The position numbers and the translations under genes were made by a program. From Octopus sinensis (lineage: Eukaryota), in assembly GCF_006345805.1 (NCBI RefSeq), contig NC_042998.1, positions 102,114,001-102,178,000 on the forward strand: a stretch of 64,000 nt of DNA, read 5' to 3'. The notes under the pieces are model-generated. The model was not told the origin of the DNA. It saw only the letters and a list, made by a program, of their open reading frames with translations, and ran no database searches. Each line of letters starts with the position of its first letter. The first letter of the stretch is position 1. This document shows positions 53,574 to 64,000 of the stretch, piece by piece.

Positions 53574-54183
53574 TTCCCTTTTGTGGAAGAGTGTAGGCTC
53601 GAAACGTTAAAGAATTTTTCACTTCCCGAACGATAACCTAATACATGCTTGTTGTCTACACCACCTGTCTGTGCTTTTTTTAATTTGTGAATTCTACCCC
53701 TATATGTATATATATATATATATGTGTGTGTATATATTTTTATTTATATTAAGAGCATTAATATACATAAATGCCTCACGCTAGGAGAGACATTTCAAGT
53801 CAAATCTACCATAGTCAAAACAACACATTGTACCGAACGCTAGGTTATACAACTCTCGAAGTGATCCTTTAAAAAACGGATTCAGCCACAGATCATATGA
53901 TTTCATAATTAGTGCACAAAATGCACTTTTTAATCGTCATTGCAGGCATAATCATGACACATAAAAATGAACAAAAAATCAACATACCAGACGTACACAA
54001 AACGTATACAAATGTATCCATTTGGATACATTTGGTGTTCGTCTAGTATTCTATTGGATTTCTTTTGCTGAATCGCTAGTTTACAGGAACGTAGACACAC
54101 CAAAACCGGTTGACAAGCGGTGGTGATGGGGCAACCACAAACATATATATATATAAACATGCATATATTCATACATAAAAGTG

Positions 54184-54224
<41 letters not shown>

Positions 54225-54236
54225 TTATATATATAT

Positions 54237-54615
54237 ATAGGAAAAAAGCAACAAGAATGGATCAATATTTCGGTACAATTGTTTCGTACGAATACATCTT
54301 TAATAAGGCTAAAAAAATTGCAGTAAATATAGGTGACTCGTACTCATCAGCCGAAACAACATCTGAGATCCCCAAACATCAAAGGTGATGTTACACTCGT
54401 GAAACATCATGGAAAGTTCTATAAAAATGAGATTTAGATAACAAATTGATTTCTAGAAGTTCTTTTAGTATTGCCATTCTTGTTGCTTTTTTCCTATTTA
54501 TAATCACCCCACTTTGTCGTATGGTTAACACCATATAGATTTCTGGTGCATCCAAGTTAAGTACCATATTCATGTGAATCCAACAGAACTCACTTGAATC
54601 TTAATTGCTTGTACC

Positions 54616-54620
<5 letters not shown>
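54237..54620 (-). mobile_element. Short non-coding relative of the 30250-33319 element
   Basis: Perfect 24-bp IR (54237-54260 / 54474-54497); interior matches 33080-33310 in reverse; leader matches 30250-30398; (TA)n flanks. Confidence 0.85.
54268..54356 (-). ncRNA. Canonical type I hammerhead ribozyme
   Basis: Minus strand: TTTCGG-CTGATGA-GTACG...CGTAC-GAAAC-AATT-GTA^-CCGAAA; core and stems identical to 33195, loop diverged. Confidence 0.9.
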
Positions 54621-54647
<27 letters not shown>

Positions 54648-54649
<2 letters not shown>

Positions 54650-55923
54650 TTTGATACTTTGATACTTTGATAGGTTTCGGCCATTATTGGCCCAGGCCAT
54701 GTCTAACTTAATAGCACCACCTGGTGAAGTCTTTCAAGTCAGAATTTGGGCACTATGACCCACTCAAGTAGAGAGTTATTGTTTACAGAGACATATCCGG
54801 GTGTAGGGGGTTTATCCGGGATTTCTTGAAGGAATCTGTCCAAAGACTTCTTGAACCCTATAGGGTCAGTTTCTGTTTTAATGTGTTTTGGTGTAATGTT
54901 AAAGAGAGCGGGGCCAATTGAGGTGAAATAATTGTGCCGTATTGTTGTTATGAGATGAGAGTGCGATTTTTGTTTTGGGCGGATGGCACGGGGCCCAAGC
55001 CTTGGATGTACCTTAAAGGTGATGCCAACATCATTTGGGCAATGCTGATGGAATATTTTCCACATCATGCAGATGATGTAGCGCTCACGACGACGTTGGA
55101 GAGAATAGAGTTTTAGCTTTTCTAGTCGACCCCAATAGTCGAGGCCTGTCATGCCATCTATCTTTTTTGTGATTGCCCTTTGAGGTGCTTCAACTTTTAT
55201 GATACCTTGTATTGTGTGGGGAGACCACAGTGGACAACAGTATTCAAGGTGGGGTCGGGCAAAAGTGGAGAAGAGAAGGATAATGGTGTGGATATCTCTC
55301 GACTGGAAAGTTCTGAGAATCCAGGAACACATTCTGCGGGCCATGTCAACTTTGGTGTTTATATGAGTGGCCCAGCTTATGTTGTTGTCCACAATTACTC
55401 CCAGGTCTCTGATGTTGTTGGACGCCGCGAGAGTTTCACCTGAAGGAAGGGAGTATGGGAGTTTCAGGGCATCCTCTTTTCCAAAGTGGATTAGCTCAAA
55501 TTTATCCTCGTTCAGCAGCATATTGTTTTTTTCTGCCCATTGTATAACAGCCAGTAGATCTGACTGAAGGCATGTCCGGTCACTCGCCTCATTTATGACC
55601 TTCTGTAGCTTGGAGTCATCTGCAAATATTTTTATGTTGCTGTGCTTGATGATGTCATTAATGTCATTAATGTAAATGATGAAAAGAAGTGGGCCCAGCA
55701 CAGTGCCTTGCGGAACGCCACTACTGACTTTGGCTGGGCTTGATTTTACCCCTTCAACTACAACATGTTGAGATCTGTCTGTCAGGAAACACTTGATCCA
55801 TTTCAGTAACTTTCCAGAGACACCAATGTTGGATAGTTTTTTCAATAGGATCTTGTGATCGACCCTGTCGAAGCCCTTACTGAAATCAAGGTAGATGACA
55901 TCGGTGTTGGAGCCCTCTCCCAA
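54648..55923 (-). mobile_element. 5'-truncated CR1-like LINE with intact 3' end
   Basis: RT ORF to stop at 54739, short 3' UTR, terminal 8-bp tandem repeat (TACTTTGA)x3 at 54648-54672. Confidence 0.9.
54739..55923 (-). CDS. Reverse transcriptase, partial ORF2 (394 aa, no stops)
   Basis: YLDFSKGFD, GVPQGTVLGPLLF, FADD, RDLGV, RPHLEYCC.LWSP. The listed start is not a real initiator (5' truncated). Confidence 0.9.
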   Translation of the reverse strand: MGEGSNTDVIYLDFSKGFDRVDHKILLKKLSNIGVSGKLLKWIKCFLTDRSQHVVVEGVKSSPAKVSSGVPQGTVLGPLLFIIYINDINDIIKHSNIKIFADDSKLQKVINEASDRTCLQSDLLAVIQWAEKNNMLLNEDKFELIHFGKEDALKLPYSLPSGETLAASNNIRDLGVIVDNNISWATHINTKVDMARRMCSWILRTFQSRDIHTIILLFSTFARPHLEYCCPLWSPHTIQGIIKVEAPQRAITKKIDGMTGLDYWGRLEKLKLYSLQRRRERYIICMMWKIFHQHCPNDVGITFKVHPRLGPRAIRPKQKSHSHLITTIRHNYFTSIGPALFNITPKHIKTETDPIGFKKSLDRFLQEIPDKPPTPGYVSVNNNSLLEWVIVPKF

Positions 55924-55960
55924 AGCTATATATATGTATGTATATATATATATATATATA

Positions 55961-56185
55961 GGCGGTGCCCCAGGATGGCCGCTGCCTCAGGGCTGAAACA
56001 TATAAAAGAATGAAAGAAGATATATATACATATATATATAAATACGACCTGCTTCTTTCAGTTTTCCCCTACCAAATCCACTCACAAGACACTTTCCTAG
56101 GTTGCCCCGCAGTAGGACTAAAGTTGGAACCATGTTGTTAGAAAGCAAGCTTCTTAACACAGAGCCACACATGCGCCTAAACTTT
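55961..56185. mobile_element. Orphan LINE tail (55961-56008, +) and SINE head fragment (56045-56185, -)
   Basis: GGCGGTGCCCCAGGATGGCCGC...CTGAAAC; reverse complement of the 6874 head. Confidence 0.65.
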
Positions 56186-56641
56186 GAATGTGGAATAATT
56201 CCCTTTTAATAGTTGAGCACAAAGTAAATTAATCTACAAATAATAAATGCAGCTATCTGATTTTAAATATTTACGATTAAAATTTTTGAATGTTTTTTTA
56301 ATCCAATATTTACGCGCCATTATTCTTAGCTTTATCTACTTCAAGTTCAAACGTTAAAATTTAATTATTGCTCGCTTTTAAACGCTTTTAAACCCAGCTT
56401 TTAAACGTTTTAAACGTTTATGACGTCAACAGTGTACATTTTGCGCTGATAACAACAAGGTTTGAAGAGAGAATTTGGAATCATTGTTTTGATCCGAATA
56501 TAGACGCAACCAAATATATATCCGAAAAAGCTGTAAGCCTATAATAAATAGGAGCATTTAACCTATTAGTTTCGTCTATTATATGCGTAACTTTATACAA
56601 ACCTACGATCGTAAATGTGTATTGCAACCATCGATTTAAAC

Positions 56642-58140
56642 CAGCGGTTCTCAAAAAGTACGCCCCAGAAAATGTCGAGGTGCGCCCTGAGATTTTCCAA
56701 ATACATGCATTCAGATATAAAGAAGTAAATGCATAGCTACTTTCTTACATAATACAATTACCTTACGGAAATGCCGGTATTTCCGTCAACACAAAATTAT
56801 AACAGCACTCTACTTTGCAACTGCTATCTTCAGGCCTGCTTGTAGATTCGAAATGCGCTGCGAACACGTTTGAACGAAATTTGAACGACTGTGCAACATC
56901 GAAGCGTGCGGTGGTAGCAGACACGGGGTTTTGCTGTGTTAAACAGGGGTTCAGAGTAGAAGTGTTGTTATTTTCACTTGCAAAAAAGTACACCCATTAA
57001 AAATGGATAGGTTTCTTGTTAAAAAGAAGCGTGATATTGATGAATGGGAACCGGGATATGTGACAAAACTTAAGTGATGCAAACTGTTCAAATAAGAAAC
57101 TGAAACCGCGGCCTACTCGCAAGTACGATATAAGTTATTAAAGTTTAGTTTCACATGGACTGGAAATGAAGACCATAGTATGTGCAAATAAGATGTCAAA
57201 TGAATCATTGCTCTCCAGTAAACTGAGCCAACATTTAAAAACTAAACATCCACATAAACCTAAAAATTATTTCAAGAGATTGTCTGAACAGCGAAGTAAA
57301 GCGGCAAATTGTTTCATAAGTAATATGACTCCTACCAAGTCTCAGAACTGACAGCAAAAAATATGAAACCTCATACTATAGGCGAGTCCCTAAGTTTGCC
57401 TGTGTGCAAAAAGGTAGTCTCGACAATGCATGGGAATCAAGCAGCAAAAGACATAAGTAAGATTCCACTGTCCAACGATACAGTTCGCAGGAGCATTTTA
57501 GAAATGTCTTTTCATAGCAAGAAAAATTTATGCAGTAATAAACTTACGTATTCACCTTTTGCATTGAAAGTTGATGAGTCAACATACATCCCCAACAAGG
57601 TGCAACTCCTATATATTCATTCGATTTATCGATGAAGATCAAATAGTAAATCAGTTTCTTTTTGCAAAGAATCAAGTGCCACTACAAAAGGACGGGACGT
57701 TTTCAACATTCTGAATGCTTACTTTGATAAATGGCAGTTAACATGGAAATCATGTATGGGTATTTGTACAGGTGGAGCCGCTTCCGTAGTAGGCTGTGTT
57801 AAGGGTCTCACAGCTTTTGTAAAAAAAAAAAAAATGAAAATGCTATCGTTACGCTCTGCTTTCTTCATAGAGAGGCCTTGATAGCAAAAACATTAGGAGA
57901 GGAACTAAAAGAAGTTTTAGATCAAGTTGTTCAGGTTGTAAACTTTATTAAAACAAGACCTGTCAAATCTCGTATGTTCGAACTTTTGTACCGATATGGA
58001 TACTCAACAAAAACGGCTGCTTTTACACATCGAAGCAAGGTGGCTGTTAAGAGGAAAAGTACTTACCCGTGTACACGAGCTACCACAAGAAATTTTTACG
58101 TTCTTCGAAGAAATGAAATCTAATTTTGGATTGTCAAGAA
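56642..58140 (+). pseudogene. Buster/Charlie-type hAT element, left end and degenerate transposase
   Basis: CAGCGGTTCTCAAA terminus; KLSQHLKTKH, KPHTIGE, IPLSNDTVRR, VDEST, CFLHREAL, LLLHIEARWL.RGKVL.R; right TIR not found. Confidence 0.85.
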
Positions 58141-59516
58141 ATGCGAGTTTGTCTTTCAAACATACGCCCAAACATTGAAGAGTTTGCCGAGACACATCCA
58201 GCTAATATTTCCGAAGATTTCAAGAATATTAAGGTATATGTTATTTTTTGTTATTTAGCTCAGAAACATTTATATGGTGCGCCAACAATTATTTCGTTAA
58301 CCCCACTTTGTTTCGCTATACATCCATACATACATATATACATACATACATATACATGTGTGTGCACGAGCACATATGTGTGTGTTGGAGTCTGTGTGTG
58401 CACGCGCGCGTTTATGTATTTATAATGCAGGTGACACTATATGTATTCACACATTTTAATCGCACATCTTCACTAATAAAATTATCTAGTCAGCATCAAA
58501 AACAGGTTCATCAATTTAATACCGTTTTGAGAAAATAATAATCCACATGGCTGAATGATTTTCGAATCAATTATCATTCAAAGAATTTTAATGTCAGGCA
58601 ATCGAAAAAAGAAATCCAAAAATATTGAAAAAAAACGATCCGTTGTTGCCAGAGTAACTTAATCCTAAACGCAGAGTCAAATGATTGAAATATGATGAAT
58701 ACTGTTTGTTGATCCTAATCGAGTAAGACATTTGTTATGATTTATCTTTGACCACACCGCTTTTACTATCAAGTAGAGACAACTTGAGCTGGAAAGGATC
58801 AGTTGTGTGTCGGATATGCATTTCTTCTCATTCCTTACATTCTACTAAGATTGATATTATCGATTTGTTCCTCTCATCTAAATTGGCTTTTCCCGTGTAA
58901 AGTTATAAAGAATATATCATAAGGCTTGTGTGAATGAGTGCTCGATTGGAAAATCATTAAAAAATCGTTATTTGCTTTGTCATATTTATTCTGACTACAT
59001 ACATTTCTCATTCATATACCTTCATGCTCAAAAATATTTTTACTCCACACCGGTATCGAGAAAATAAGTTATTAATTTAGTAATGGGAACAAATAATCGA
59101 AAACTCTACCAAAATTTCTCGCCTTGTGCATGTTTGAAATAATTATAGATAATCTTTTCTAAAATACTTGGGTAATTCGGCTGCTGTTTTTAGCAAGTCA
59201 TATGCTTTCATAAATGGTCACACGCATATCTTTTACACATGCTTCTTTCATTGTTAGTGATGGCCAAATTTCTATTTTTGAATAAATGATAGTTTTGTTG
59301 ATTTTTTTCCTTTGTGCTGCTACTTCAGTAGCAATTACACCTGGTAATATTGATAAAATGGCTGCTACAAACCTCATTATTATTGAACTTGCTGATTCTG
59401 TTATCAGAAGCAGAGTATTAATGTTGCTACACTTAATATATTTGCATCCGTTCTTAAAGTATTTATTACTAAATTACTACTATCGAAATATAGTTGTCTT
59501 CTGCAGCCTTGTGCTA

Positions 59517-60786
59517 CGAGGGGCGTTCAATAAGTAATGCCCCTGACCCACTTTCCATAGAAGTAGAGCAACGACACTTGGCATAGTTATTAGTCTTTTC
59601 CTACATAGGAACTACCCAGAGTTATGCATTTCTCCCATCGTTTGATACAGCTCTGGAGACCGTTTTTGTAGAAGACACCAGCTTGGTCCTCCAACCACGA
59701 CGTGACTTCAGAAATCAAGGCTGCATCATCTGGGAAACGCTTTCCTTTCAAAATCAACTTCATGGCTGGGAAGAGGTGAAAATCAGAGGGTGTAAAGGGA
59801 GGAGTTCATAGCTGCACGCCTGTGCTTCTGATCTGGCGACACGCGAGTTGTGGACCGGAGCGTTGTCCTGCAGGAGTAGGATGCCTTTGCTGATCTTGCC
59901 CCGCCTCTTGATTTTGATAGCTTCTCTTAATTTCCTCAAAAGTGAAGCATAATAGGCTCCTGTAATTGTGGTACCCTTTGCCAGGAAATCTGTCATCACT
60001 ACTCCGTCCTGGTCCCAGAAGACTGTGAGCATAACCTTGTCAGCGGAGGGCTGCACCCTTGCCTTCTTTGGAGGAGGTGAGTCACGGTGCTTTCACTGCA
60101 TTGACTGGGCTTTGGTCTATGGATCATAGTGATGGACCCAGGTTTTATCCTGTGTGATCAGTCTTTTGAAAAATTTTGACTCATCTTCTTGGCACATCTC
60201 CAAATTCATCCTCGAGCACTCAACGCGTTCTTCCTTCTGGAAAGGTGTGAGCAACCTGGAAATCCATCTGGCAGACACCTTTTGCTTATGAAAATGGTCA
60301 TGAATGATAGTTTCCACAGACCCGGTACTAATCTTGACCTTATGGGCTATTTGGCGAATAGTTATGTGTCGATCTTTCAAAATGGCAGCCTCAACTTGAC
60401 GGACAGACGTCTCATCAACGGCAGAAGGGGGCGACCAGATCTGGGAGCTGTTTCCACAGAGTTCCGACTATGTTTGAATTCACAATGCCAGCGTTTTACA
60501 AGATCATATGATGGGGCATCATCACCATAAGTTACTTTCATTTCATCAAAAGTCTCCCGTGGTGTGCGTCCTTTCAAATACAAAAACCGGATCACTGCTC
60601 GACACTCAACAGGCTCCATTTCACACTTGACTCAGTTCAAACACCTGTAAATCAGAAACGACAATTAGTTCGGAGCTTTAAGTCGCCACCTAATCTATAG
60701 AGGTACAAATAAGTGCACATGCAAAATTTCAGCTAGATCAAACAACTGCAAGTGGGTCAGGGGCATTACTTATTGAACGCCCCTCG
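59517..60786 (-). mobile_element. Full-length mariner (irritans-like), 1270 bp, inactivated transposase
   Basis: Perfect 37-bp TIRs (59517-59553 / 60750-60786), TA duplications; ORF from 60619 with RSGRP, WISRLL, ITQDKTW, LLQDNAP; frameshift, stop after HYDP, YSPDL motif deleted. Confidence 0.95.
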
Positions 60787-61708
60787 TATCTCTTATATCT
60801 GCACGTGCATCGGTAATAAGTATATGCTGTGTTGGTCATGTGAGAGGATCTTCAACGTTAATTCGCACCTCTCTTTTCTCAACTCTCTTTCTTTTCTTTT
60901 ACCACAACAGCTTACTTTTAAAGATAATAATACTAGCCAACTTGCATTAAGCCTGTGTTACTGAAGAAGATTTATTTCAATCCCAATGAAGGATTTCAAT
61001 AGTAAAACAGAAGCAAAGGTATACAAGAAGAGAATTCTCTGTAGAGGAGGTATTTAGTATTAGTTCCCTATACTTACAGGCTGAGATTTAACCGGCAAGT
61101 TTAAAAACTACGTCTCAATTTTAGAGTGTTATACATAGTCGAGCTCTGACTTGCACTTTAAGAGCAGTATCCAGTTTCTCTGTAAACGTAGCACCTAGAA
61201 GGCTCCATAAAATTTATTTAAAAATAATATAAGGACCATCATTTTTTAAACCTCATCACATATATACTTATCTATTCTCGAAAGGAAAATGAAATATGCT
61301 TTCTACCTAGAAACAAATATCCTGCTTACAAACTTCTGGATTCCAGAAAGGAGAGAAAACAAAGTATACCGATGAAAATATAGACAATTTCCTTACTGAA
61401 TGTGAAAAATATTACACGAATCAATAATTGTCAGACACGATAACATTAGCGGAAACTACAACTTCACAGAGTTTAAGAAAGCGTAGCAATATCATTTCAT
61501 ATTTAGCAATAGAATATAATATTACGCTATACACATAACAAAGACGAGCGACTGTGCTGTAGCTTTGCATCTCTTTTTTGACTTATATTACAAGTCAAAT
61601 AATAATGTAACATTAATCATCTACAATTAGGCACAGGAAATTAAGCGTTGAAAAACGGCCAATTAGCTATGGCATAAGTATGATTAATATCTATGCATAC
61701 GCACGAAC

Positions 61709-61833
<125 letters not shown>

Positions 61834-62074
61834 ATACATATATTTATATATAAACATATACACATATACTGTCGATAGAAGTTTCATAGAGTCTCGTGTG
61901 ATGAAAGCGACGAATATAAGAACAGAAAAAAAAGCAAGAATAACAATCACACCAGTATGTGCATATGTTATTGTCATCAATCGGTAAACTAAGTATCTAG
62001 GGAACTGACAAAATATTATTGATAAGATACAGTAACAGATGACTGGCGAACGGCGAATTATAGACGCATAGCTT

Positions 62075-62075
62075 C

Positions 62076-62158
<83 letters not shown>

Positions 62159-62165
62159 GTCTATC
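62075..62165. repeat. (TATC)n microsatellite
   Basis: Direct reading. Confidence 0.95.
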
Positions 62166-62792
62166 CATTCATCCATTTTTTTCTTCTTTTCTTTTTTTCT
62201 TTTTATTATTTTTTTTCTTCTTTTCTTCCCTTTTACGATCCCTCTTGATCGAAAACCTACGCTACCCCCTTTTTTTGTTTCTTTTGTTTTTTGTTTTTTT
62301 CATCCCCCAAAAGAAAAGCTCTACCTTGTAACTTGTCCCATCTGTGTGCAGCCCTGTGTGGCCAATAAAGAAACTTATCCATTCATCCATCCGTCTGTCT
62401 GTCTGCTTATATGTATGTACGTATGTATGAAAGGATGTTACTTACATACCTTACTGCTGCTCTATGTAATTCAGGATTCATAAAATCTGACTATATACAA
62501 AGCAATTACGCAATCGTTGACGAAATCTCGGACCGGATTGAAGTTATTGTAATTTATTCATTTTACTTCTGTCTTTGGAGATACTGAATTATAAAGAGAA
62601 GGAATTTTACATCTACTTATTAAAACATTTCTGCTGAAATTCATACATATACCCTACAATATATAATATTATAATTATTTCCAGTAATGTATTTCCTGGG
62701 ATAATGTCAAAGTATATATATAATGGTAGTCTCTCGGGGTTCGACAATGACGTCAGTGACATCGGAGGTGGGAGCGTAATCCAAAGGCTTAT

Positions 62793-62835
<43 letters not shown>

Positions 62836-63023
62836 GAGTGTATTTTACCTTGTTAACAATTAACACGGATAAATGAATGAATAGTTACCAGGGCAGCAAA
62901 ATCTCACAAGTAAAGATGTTGTAACTCCTTGTTTATAAAGGTTGAAACTTCGTGTTTACGTTGAATATTTGAATAATAGGAATAAAAAATGGAGTCAACG
63001 CAGGTTTAAACAAGTATTTATTT

Positions 63024-63108
63024 CTTTCTACATATGTTTCAAAAATTCCACTGATACTTATTCAAAAGAATAAAAGGTATAAACAATGCAATCTTCTCTT
63101 CGGGAAAG
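63024..63108 (-). ncRNA. Variant hammerhead motif (U4C core) downstream of GIY-YIG ORF
   Basis: Minus strand: CTTTC-CCGAAGA-GAAGATT...AATTTTT-GAAAC-ATAT-GTA^-GAAAG; palindromic stem III ACATATGT; wobble-rich stem II. Confidence 0.65.
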
Positions 63109-63309
63109 TGAAAAAACGAAACTTGTCAATACGACATTTTAGCAAAAAATGATGGATTCGTATAGCGATAGACAGAACGCTATTAATATTGTTTAAAAAA
63201 ACGTTATATGATATAACGTCATAAGTAGCTAACAGAAAGAGTAGGGATATTAATAGTGAATGTTAAATATAAAGGAAATTAAAGTCTAAACTATATATAA
63301 TGATAGAGA

Positions 63310-63942
63310 CTACTTATATGCACTAAAAGTATGCTTTTGCCAATGCTTACATCTGTATGCTCGTTCTATAACCGTGTTTACTAGAGTATTTTTAGAAAAA
63401 ATAATGAAAAATAGCTCAGAATTGCAGAGAAGACAGAATTTCTTGCCTTTGTCATATGGTATCGAAATTGAGAGGATCAACCATTCCAAATGAAATTGTT
63501 CATTGTGGTCTTTTAAATTCCAAATCAGTTTGCTGAGACCGGTACTATTCCGTTTATTTCTATCCCTAAATGTTGAGTAATGGATAGAAATTCTCTTAGA
63601 TAACTCTAACGATGTGCTTCCAATGTAAAATCGTACTTTATTACGAGTACTGATTATACACTGGTATATAGAATTTTTAATCTTAGAGTTACTTGACATA
63701 AATTTAATTCTATTGGGATTGACTTCAGATACAATAACCTTGTTATTAATATTTCTAGAGGGTTGGATGGTAGTAGCTAAATTAGTGTTAGTATTAGTAA
63801 ATGTATTAATATTTAACAGTTTGTTATTATGAGAAGATATAATTTGCAAGAGATTTTTTGTGTTTGAAAAACCTATCCTAACCTTATGTGAATTAAATAT
63901 AGAGTAATATCTAGAATTATATATATATATGTATGTATACAT
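63310..63942 (-). CDS. Penelope-like GIY-YIG endonuclease, 5'-truncated at (TA)n
   Basis: KVRIGFSN...IISSHN linker; SIY...FYIGST, KRISIH, LSKLIWNLK, CLLCNSE, VN, CKH; stop-free. First residues come from the microsatellite. Confidence 0.8.
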   Translation of the reverse strand: MYTYIYIYNSRYYSIFNSHKVRIGFSNTKNLLQIISSHNNKLLNINTFTNTNTNLATTIQPSRNINNKVIVSEVNPNRIKFMSSNSKIKNSIYQCIISTRNKVRFYIGSTSLELSKRISIHYSTFRDRNKRNSTGLSKLIWNLKDHNEQFHLEWLILSISIPYDKGKKFCLLCNSELFFIIFSKNTLVNTVIERAYRCKHWQKHTFSAYK

Positions 63943-63956
63943 ATATATATATATAT

Positions 63957-63993
<37 letters not shown>

Positions 63994-64000
63994 TGCATAT

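Overview
AT-rich animal non-coding DNA, dense in microsatellites and transposon relics. The SINE families look cephalopod/octopus-like, which is an inference from recognised repeats, not a database match. I cannot support any host protein-coding exon, tRNA, rRNA or CRISPR array. Recognisable elements are tRNA-derived SINEs, non-LTR retrotransposon fragments (R4/Dong-like x2, RTE, CR1-like x3, one with a stop-free 394-aa RT ORF), DNA transposon relics (hAT x3, mariner x3, MULE, a Helitron-like 3' end) and two Penelope-like (PLE) GIY-YIG endonuclease regions with no RT. The main signal missed by the ORF track is at least nine type I hammerhead ribozyme (HHR) motifs from about seven unrelated sequence families, several with non-canonical cores. 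Many lie in a recurring architecture: (TA)n / single-copy leader / inverted repeat / variable cargo / inverted repeat / (TA)n. The largest example (30250-33319) is an RT-less GIY-YIG element bracketed by 126-bp inverted repeats that each carry an HHR. All alignments and folds were done by eye.
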